Source: a virus. From it: DNA of 64,000 nucleotides. The notes under the pieces were generated by a model. That model ran no database searches, was not told the origin of the DNA, and was given only the letters and a program-made list of their open reading frames with translations. Shown here piece after piece: positions 46,394 through 56,800 of this stretch. Positions within the stretch are counted from its first letter, which is position 1; the number at the start of each line of letters is the position of its first letter. Where the stretch lies: positions 1-64,000 of the IMG/VR virus record IMGVR_UViG_3300028844_005393. One strand, written 5' to 3'. Position numbers and translations under genes: made by a program.

Positions 46394-47790
46394 GCATATA
46401 CAGAGAAATAGAACAAACTGATAAAGTGTTTGGTCGTGTAAGAAAAGTATCTTCTGGATTGTTTTCTTCCGGATTCGAGTGTACTGAATTTTTTATAGAC
46501 CACTCTGAATTAAAAAGTAATATAAGTGGGTGGAAGCAACTAAACGCAGAAACTAAAAATTACGATTTAACAGAAACAAATTTTGACGACTTTGGTAACT
46601 TAACAAATAAACCAATTGAAGAAGAATCGGGTGATGAATTTACTACAAACACTTTGAGTGAAAATAAAAAAAAATGGAATGAAGTTGTTTTTGGTGACTA
46701 CTATGTAAATATATATAATGAACCAACTTACATTGACGGAATTCCAAACGATAACTCAATTGCACAATTCTCAATTTCATACGGAAACAAACACGGATAC
46801 GGATCACTAAATTCTGATTTGTCAACTTCTGTAACAAAAGCAGTATATAATCAATACAAAAATATTTTATTAGGACCCGGAGATTCTAGTTGGACATTTT
46901 CACTGGATTCAAATACAACTGCATTTAAAGATAGAGATTCTATTTATGTAATAAACTTTTCTTCATCTCAATTAAAAGAAAAATTTGATCCTGGTAATTT
47001 AGAATTTAGATTGACCGTTCAACACGAAGATATAACCGTGACCGAAACATTTCGTGATGATAGTCGTTTTGTTTCAAGTGCAAATAAAAACTCATCTACT
47101 GGTAAAGTATATCAAATTGTTACTGGTGCTATTGTTGATGAAATGACTGACGAAAAACGATATGCAAGTGGTTCAGGTGAGGGGTCTGGGGAAAGTTTTG
47201 GATTTGCTTATCCTGACTTGGGAATTCTTGTATTAAATCCGTATGCTTTATCTTGTCACTTTGGAAGTAAAATCGAAGAGGAATTGATAAGTCGTGGGGA
47301 TTCCGAACAAGCATCGAGAAAAGACAATAAAGGAAGACAATTAAGTTGGTATGGATTTAGTGATCCAAATGAACTCAATGAATCAAACGATCAGTTATTT
47401 GGTACAGAAAGAAACCATCAAAACTTTATGAAAATATTCAACGCAATAAAGTTGGGTGGGTCTTTCAAAGCAAGAAGTACCGAATTTGTTCCATCTAAAC
47501 ACTATTTTATACGAGTAAAAAATACCGACTTTAATTATAGTAACAACCCATCGTTTGTTTATTCCGGAAAAGAAGCAACCCAAATACATGAAGAAGGATC
47601 AGGACCAAACAGAGATTATTGGGTGGGTAGACTGCGACATGAAGATTTCATAGATGATCCAAAGTCTTATATAACAACTATAGGTTTATATAATGAAAAC
47701 AATGAATTGGTCGCAGTTGCAAAGTGTAGTGTACCTATACTAAAAAGTTTTGATACAGAGACATTGATAAAAGTAAAATTAGACTTCTAA
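46390..47790 (+). CDS. Virion structural protein, short paralogue of the 3147-aa protein
   Basis: EKFDPGN, DFNYSNNPS, YITTIGLYN..ELVAVAK..P....IKVKLDF. Confidence 0.65.
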   Translation: MSIYREIEQTDKVFGRVRKVSSGLFSSGFECTEFFIDHSELKSNISGWKQLNAETKNYDLTETNFDDFGNLTNKPIEEESGDEFTTNTLSENKKKWNEVVFGDYYVNIYNEPTYIDGIPNDNSIAQFSISYGNKHGYGSLNSDLSTSVTKAVYNQYKNILLGPGDSSWTFSLDSNTTAFKDRDSIYVINFSSSQLKEKFDPGNLEFRLTVQHEDITVTETFRDDSRFVSSANKNSSTGKVYQIVTGAIVDEMTDEKRYASGSGEGSGESFGFAYPDLGILVLNPYALSCHFGSKIEEELISRGDSEQASRKDNKGRQLSWYGFSDPNELNESNDQLFGTERNHQNFMKIFNAIKLGGSFKARSTEFVPSKHYFIRVKNTDFNYSNNPSFVYSGKEATQIHEEGSGPNRDYWVGRLRHEDFIDDPKSYITTIGLYNENNELVAVAKCSVPILKSFDTETLIKVKLDF

Positions 47791-47832
47791 AGAATACGTA
47801 TAAATATTTTAAAATAAATATATTTATATATT

Positions 47833-50800
47833 GTGATAAAAGTATTGAAATTATCAAATAAGTCGGTCACACGATTTAGCACAAATAAAAAATGGAATTA
47901 TAGTACACTTGATTCGGGAAGTAATATAATACTAGAACAGGGTGATAATGTTCCTTTATTCTCTTCGTCTGTAAATAAATTATCAACCGAACAAAATTCT
48001 TCTGAATTTCAATTAAACATGAGATTTGGAAAAAAGATTTCTGGTACATTTTTTAGCAAAAATAGTAAACACTTTGATGAAACCAAAGAACCATTAAATT
48101 ACGATGGCTCTTATCAAAGAGTTGTGTTTAATAGTATAAAGCATTTATTTTACAACGATTATGGTACCGTGGGTGGTAATGATGAATTAAACAGTTTTTA
48201 CAAAAACCCATTAAATTTATTTGGAAGTGAAACTGGAATTTACTCATCATCAAGTTTTAACTCCAAAACACTTGAAGAAGACCCACGAAGTGAAAGAAGA
48301 GTTTTAAAAGACGAAGTAACTGTCCTTGAAGTACCGTCTAATGTATTTGGTGAAAAAATAAAACCAGGTACATTAAAAATAACAGATAATAGTTCGGATT
48401 ATGATTCTATTGAAATTGTTGACGATGGAAACACTAACTTAATAATAGGTAGTGGTAACTTTAATAATGTAAATGAAATGAACTTGAATAATAATTTATT
48501 TAGTTCAATTTCAGAAACATCATCTTCGGATAACAAGATAAATATAGATTATACAGATTTAAGTTATGGATATACAATAGATACTCATGGAGATTTTTTA
48601 TTATCAGGAGCACCTATTTTATCAGACTCGGTTTCTGAAAATCAATCTGGTCGTGCGTGTTTACACAAATATAATCCAAAAACTAAAAAGCACGAAATAA
48701 TCAAAAACTTTTATTGTCCATTTACACAAAATGGAATTGCACACGAAAATAGAAATGATAATTGTGAATTCATCTTAACTGAACTCGGTGGTATTGTATC
48801 AAGTGAAGATTTTTTGGTAAATGACGACTTCGGAAAATCGGTTTCAATTAATGATACCATATGTGCGATTGGTTCTCCTGGTTCTCATATAAACGGAAGA
48901 CATACTGAGCAAGCAACGGGTCATATTTTTGTTTATCACAAAGATAAGGGTGGTAAAGAAAATTGGGGAATTGTAAATGTATTTGAGGGTACACCCAATT
49001 CTGAATTTGGTCATTCGGTATCAATAAACGAAGAGTTTATAGCAGTTGGTTCTCCAAACTTTGAAGATGGAATTGGTTGTGTTTACTTGTTCAAGAAAAC
49101 AAAACGAACAAAAGAACATCCTTGGATAAAAACATCATCTGTATATGATTCGTATAAGTGGAACGATCTACTGGAAAAGTATGAAGGAATTCCTAAACAG
49201 GATGATACAAAATACAAAGAGTATATTAAAATACGAGATAGTATTGTATCTCGCAGAATAGAAAAAATCAGAACAGAACTTAAAAAAATAAAAGAATCAG
49301 GGGTCATTTCCGAACTCGAATATTTAGATAGACTACCAACCAAGGATGATTTTAGTGAGATTTTTCCATTTGAGTATTTATACACAACATCAAACGAATG
49401 TAATGATTCCGACACTCCTTGGTTTAAAGAAAAAATCTGGAATAAAAATACTCATCCTGCAACAAGATGTAATTCTAAAAATTCTGACAAACATTTTAAT
49501 AAATCAATGTGGCCTGGATACATGACCGATGAAAAAACTGATTTGTACATCCCCAACCCAGAACATGAACAAAACAAGGATAACAAATGGGCATATAGAT
49601 GGAAACTGCAAAATGTAGAGGGTGGTTCTGAGTCTATACATTTGTTCGGAGAGGATATAGAGTGTGAGTTAGATATATTTACTACATTTGAAGACTCAAC
49701 TCTGGGGTCGTTCGGAGACTCAAAACTACCATTAGTAGAATACTCAGAATCTCCAAAATATGCAATTGGTGATGTAACATTTGATTTAGTTGGAGTAATA
49801 AAATCTCCTGATAAAGAAATCAGAAGATTTGGTGAAAAGGTAGTTTTAAATAAAAATAAATTATACATTTCATCTCATTCCACAACTAACCCAAAATGCT
49901 TTATGTTTCAAAAAACAACAAATGAGTTTGGTTGTGAAGTGTGGAACTTAAAAAATACAATTTCAGAAACTCAGTTATTGGGTCACGCTTCAAACTCTAA
50001 AATTGACGATTCATTGAATTATGCTCAAATCAATCATTATGATTCTTTTTTTGAAATTGAAATATGCCCAAAACACGACAACTACGATAAGTGGATATAT
50101 AGTTTTGATAAACCAATATTAAATTCAGAAAAGGTTGTAGTAAGTGGAACTCGGATTGATAAGTGTGATTCAAAATGCATAGACACGGGATCATATAATT
50201 ATTATTCAAGATTTAGGCATATAGGATTAAAAGAAGCAGGACACCTAAAACACAATTATGGAGAATCCACAGAAGTGATTTCAGGAGAAACTGGTAAGTT
50301 CTATAAACGTCCGAGTAATTATGATCCATATACACAACCATTGTTAATGTCCCAAAACGAAACAATGGAGTTATCCTGGAAACGTTTTCGTGAAAATGTT
50401 TCATTTGCTTATACAAATGTTCCACCTGGGAAGCATAAGTCAAAAATGACAATATACTCAAATAAAGCAAAATTAAAAGATGGAACTTATGATGAAAAAG
50501 AAACACTTGCTGAAATTGAAGCAAATGAAACATTAAATAATAAAAAAGTTAGATTGATTTTAAATAGTGGGTTGGGAGAGTCTGAATACTTTTACGAGTT
50601 TTTATTTCGTGGATCGCTAGACGGAACACATTATACACTAAATGAACTTGTAGATAAAATTGATTATGCGTGTACACTACCACCCAACATTGGTTCGTTT
50701 GTAGATATAAGTGACAAATTAGATGATACTTTACATAATCATGGAAATTGTAAATTTTTCTCAAAAGAAAAATCAGCAAGTTCGTATATTGAACCTTGGA

Positions 50801-53800
50801 GTGCAGACGATACAATTGCTATTTCATGGAAGAACTTTCGTGAGAATGTATCTTTTTCATATCCAGCAGTAAAAAGTGGAAGTCAACCATCGTTTATGAC
50901 AATTTATGCAAACGAAGCAAAACTAAAAGATGGAACATATGATCCAATTCACACACTTGCTGAAATTGGAGCACACGAAACATTAAATGGAGAAATTGTG
51001 CGTTTGACATTTAATAGTGGTTTTGTGAACGGAGATGAATATTATTATGAATTTCTATATTGTGGGTCAATAGAAGGAACTCATTTTACATTAAACGAAT
51101 TAAAACAATCATTAGATTACGAATGTACATTGCCACCAAATCAAGGTGAGTCTATATCAATCGCAGAAGAACACTTTGACGATCCTTTAAAAAATAAGCA
51201 ATATGCAAGATTCTTTTCTAAAGGATTGGATTCATTGTCATATGTAGAGCCGTGGAGTGCAGATGATACAATTGCATTGTCATGGAAAAATGTTCGTGAG
51301 AATGTATCTTTTTCATATCCAGCAGTTAAAAGTGGAAAGCAACCATCATTTATGACGATTTATGCTAACGAGGCAAAACAAGACGATGGAACATACAACC
51401 CACTTTATACAATTGCCGAGATAGGAGCACATGAAACTTTAAATGGTAAAAAAGTAAGACTCACATTTAATACCGGATTTGCGGGTGGAGACGAATACTA
51501 TTACGAATTTATATATCGTGGGTCAATAGAAGGAACACATTTTACACTAAATGAACTTAGAACTAAATTAGATGACGGTTATGCAGAAACGCAGATAAAC
51601 TCGGGTGATATTCGTTATATCAAAAATTATGATAAGTTAAATATCCACAAACGTTGTAGGTTACCAAAGTTTTATACCAAGTTTGAAAGTCAATTATCAT
51701 ATGTTGAACCTTATTCAAGTGATGATCACATAGCAATATCTTGGAAAAACTTCCGTGAAAATATTTCATTTTCATATCCAAACATAAAGACCGGTTCTGA
51801 ACCAAGTTTCATGACGATTTATTCTAACGAAGCAAAACAAGTTGACGGAACATACGATCCGATTTACACTCTTGCAGAGATTGGTGCAGATAACGCATTG
51901 AATGGTCAAAACGTAAAATTATATATAAATGCCGATAATTGTGAACATGATAACACATATTATTATGAATTTATTTATAATGGTTCGGTAAATGGAACTC
52001 ACTATACACTAAACGAATTAAAACCAAAATTTGATTATGAGTGCAATTTTCCACCAAATTTAGGAAAGTCAGTTGAATTAAAAACACTGGATGGTAGATT
52101 TAAGGAAAACAACGGTGCTAGGTTTTTTAGTAAATCCGAAGATTCGTTGTCATTTCTAGGCACACACTCCACCGAAGATACAATGGGTTTATCTTGGAAG
52201 AATTTCCGAGAGAATGTATCTTTTTCTTACCCAAGAGTAAAACAGGGAACTAAACCTTCGTTTATGGCAATTTATTCCAACGATGCAAAGAGGTCAGACG
52301 GAACATACGACCCAATGTATATGTTAGCAGAAATTGGTGCACATGAAACCCTTAACAATAAAATGGTTAGATTAACACTAAATAGTGGGTTTGTAAATGG
52401 AGACGAGCACTACTATGAATTTCTATATCGTGGGTCAGTACAAGGAACTCACTTTACTTTAAATGAACTAAAAACATCACACGAATATGATTGTACACTT
52501 CCACCAAACCAAGGTGGGTATGTGTCAATCTCAGATAAAAACTTCAAAGACGCACTTAACAATAAATCTAGGGCAAAATTCTACTCAAAGAGTGAAGATG
52601 GATTATCATATGTTGAACCTTGGAGTGATGATAAAACAATTGCAATATCTTGGAAGAACTTTCGTGAGAATGTATCTTTTTCATATCCAGCAGTTAAAAG
52701 TGGAAGTCAACCATCGTTTATGACAATTTATTCAAACGAAGCAAAGAGTGTAGATGGAACATATGACCCAATCCATACACTTGCTGAGATTGGAGCACAT
52801 GATACTTTAAATGGCAAGAAAGTAAGACTCACATTCAACACAGGATTTGTTGGTGGGTCCGAGTATTATTATGAATTTATATATACAGGCAGTGTACACG
52901 GAACTCACTATACATTAAATGAACTAAAAGAATCTTTTGATTACGAATGCACACTACCACCTAATATGGGAAAGTATGTATCTTTGTCAAAAATAGAATT
53001 TGATGATTATTTAGATAATAACGACAAAGCAAAGTTTTATACAAAGAGTGTTGAACAATCCGCATACATACAGAACCCAACATCTAAAGATGAAATTGCT
53101 ATTAGTTGGAAAAATTTCAGAGAAAATGTTTCTTTTTCATATCCTAACGTAAAATCTGGAAACGAACCAAGTTTTATGTCAATTTATTCAAATGACGCAA
53201 AGGATAAAAAGGGAAGATATGATCCCATCAAAGCACTTGCGGAGATAGGTGCAGATGTGGGTTTAAATGGCAAAATAGTTAGATTAACATTTAATACAGG
53301 TTCAACTAATGATGACGAGTTTTATTATGAATTTAAATATGACGGATCGTTGACTGGTAAAAATTATACATTAAATGAATTAGCTGAAAACGATTTACTA
53401 CATAAAGTTGAGTCTGGAAATCACATACAAAGAAAAAACAATTCTGTAATTGAATTTAAGGTGTCGGAAAAAATACATAGAATAAAAGTTGAGAAGGTAC
53501 AAAAAGAAAAATCAAATAAAATAACTACAACAAAAAATAAAAAGTTAAATACAATTAAGTCGTTTGGTTTGTTAGAAAAAAACAAGGGAAAATTAGAAGT
53601 AATTGATATTAAATTACGAGATGATATATTACAGTCATCCGAATCATTAAACTTTTATAGTCGTGATGATGATGATGAATTATATACAGAGAATACCAAA
53701 TTAAAAAACGAAGTTCAAATTGATTGGAGGAATTTTAGAGACGGTGTTAGTTTTTATTATCCTATTGTTTTAAAAGAAGATAACAATACACCTGTAAAAA

Positions 53801-56800
53801 TGACAATTTATAGTGACCACGAGAATGTAGATGGGTATGATAAACATAGAAAACTTGCAGAGATTATTACAAATTCTGGATTAAACGGTGAGGTTGTTCG
53901 TCTTAGTTTAGAACCAAAGGAGACGAATTCTATATTCTATGAGTTTATGTTCGATGGTCAACCCGAAGAAGGTTCGCATTATACATTAGCAGAATTAAGT
54001 ACAAAAATACCAAATAATCGTTTATTCAAAAGTAATGATACAACACCAACGACAGAGGGTGGGACTATAAAAAATCAAGCAAGAGAAAGCTTTATTCCAC
54101 CGATTGTATACTCAAGTGACTTAGAAAGTTGTAAGGTAAAACTTGATAAAAGTAAAATTACAAGTGGACGACATAATTTATATATTTTATTGGTTGATTC
54201 TAAATTAAAACCACTTGGAGAAGAAACGAAAATAGAAATGTACAACAATCCAAGTTTTTACAATTTAGAAGATAGAAGAAATTTGGTAAAAAAATCATAC
54301 GGTTACTCTGATAATATAAAATCTGAGTTTGGACGGGGTATTGATGCTTCCGACAAATATGTGGTAATAGGAAATCCTTCGGATAGAGTATATTACCTAA
54401 ATTCAACAAAGTCATGTGTTGCTGGAAGTGCTTTTGTATATAGAGTAAATGATGATGATTTGAATTTCATTGAAAAGATATATGGTGAAGATGACTACGA
54501 AAACAATTTTAGTTCTGGATTTGGAAATGATGTTTCTATTTTAGGAAGTAACTTTTTAGTGGGAAGTTATTCACATGAAATATCAGATATGACTCTTACG
54601 GAAACTAATTCTGCAAAACGACTAGATATTGAAGACTTAGAGTTTGGTGTATCCAAGTTTACAGATGAAGTATATACTACAACCGATGCACTTATTACCG
54701 ACTATGAAGTGGATTTAAGCAGTGAGTTTGGTGACGCATTAATAAAAGTAAAACTGGATGGTTTAAATATAGACAAATCATTAATTTCAGAGTCCACATT
54801 AAGAGCAAATTTTATAGATACAGGAAACGAGACGATTCGTATTACACAGGTAGAAGGAGAAAGTACAGAGTCAATAAACGGAACATATCGTTTAGTTAAA
54901 TCTCCTATACAAATAAAATCTGGATGTGAAATTGATTTTAATGAAAATTATCGTGTTTACATTAACAAAAACAATTGGTCAATATTTTTTGACAAACTAA
55001 GAGGTGCGTGGATTCTCACCGATACTCCAAATGTCTCTGTTGAATATGAAATTCCAAGTGAATGGACCGATGTATTAAAACACTTTGAAAGAATAAACTT
55101 ACTAGATAAGTTTAATATATTGACAGAAGAAATGATAAATACTGCATTAAGTTTATATAATATAATAGATGAAGATATAACAACAACTTGGAGATCACGA
55201 AAGCAAAAACAAATTCCAAAAAATAACATAAGATACGCAGATTTATTTAGAGAGTTGGAATCTGTAACTAAACTAAAATTAAATCCTACTATAATTGAAA
55301 GATTATTTTATTTGTATAGTTCTAATTCACGAAAAAAAATTGATATATCTATTTTAAACAGATGGAAAAACTCAAACCAAAATATAGGGGTTCTTCCTTT
55401 TATATATGAACTAGATTCTGTCAATCCTATATCTCTTAATTTTGATTTATTGATAAAGACACTTGAGGTATATAATTTAAAAGATTATGAAATCGCAAAA
55501 ACATGGTCAGTTAAATTGGGATATGAATATTTGCTCGGTGACTTGATAGATGATATTCGTCCTAAATACCATGATAATTTATCATTATACAACCTAAGAC
55601 TTATTAGCAAAATTGCATTTGATTTTATTAATGACCGAAACTATTCTGATTCTGATATTAGTAAAAATTATTTTAGAAATTTAGTAAAACAAGACATTGC
55701 AATATATCTTGATAAATGGAAATCCCAGGTGGAAAACGGATTTTTATTAAGTGATGCGTTTAAGGATATAAATGAAAATATAAATATAAACTTTTCAATA
55801 TCAGACGAAGCATCAGAAGATGACCTACCAACAAAATTTAGCTATGGGGTTGGTACATTAAGCAATATGGAAATAAAAGTATTTTCAAATAACGACACAT
55901 CTGGTAACAATTCATCACTTACATGGGGAGTTTATCGTGATGCCACAAAGATAGTTGGTAATCAAATATATTTTTATGTAAATTTACTACCAGATACACA
56001 GTTAGATGACACCGTTGTGTTCGTTTACAACTCTGTAAAATCAGCAATAAATGGATATACCTATTATTACTCAATTGAGAATGAAACTGGTAAGTGTAAG
56101 CAAATGAAGAGAATGAAAACAAATAAAAAGAAATACTCTTGCAAAAAGCAATATGGATTTGCAGTAAGTTTGAGTAACAATTTTATATGTGTGGGTTCTC
56201 CTGTTCTTGGTAATTTTAATATAGACGAACTAATTACATTCGGAGGAAGTTCGGTAGTATCATTCGGAACATCCGAGAAAATGTACATTGAGTATAATGC
56301 AATACATCCCTCTTATATAAATGAACTTGGTAAAAATATTGTAGGAACAATTATAACATACGATCACTCTGCGATAAAAGATAACAAAAAACATTATATA
56401 GGAAATGTATTTTACAAAAATGGTGTCATTACACTTACAGACAGAGCAGGATATTTTACAAATGTATTAAGCAACAGTGGAGTTTCTGGATTTGAATTAG
56501 AATTTAAATCAATGCACACTTTATATGAAAATGAAATTTTATGCAAAATTGAACCACATGAATTTAATTTTAGTACCAACCCAACCGCAGTCGTAGCTGG
56601 TGGAATCAACTATGATATAAACAACGATGGAAGATTTGATATAATAGATGCTTCCTACATTTACAAATATATAATGGGAGAAATTGGTCCAATTGAAAAA
56701 TCCGATGAAGAAATAATAGAAGAACACAACGCAATTAAATTAGGTTCTAATGATAATTGGCCAAAACAAGATTTATTAATGACCGAGTCAGAAGATGCTT

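Noticed and set aside
50230-54000. Diversity-generating retroelement template/variable repeats
   Set aside because: No reverse transcriptase in the window, all copies are coding, and differences are not adenine-specific.
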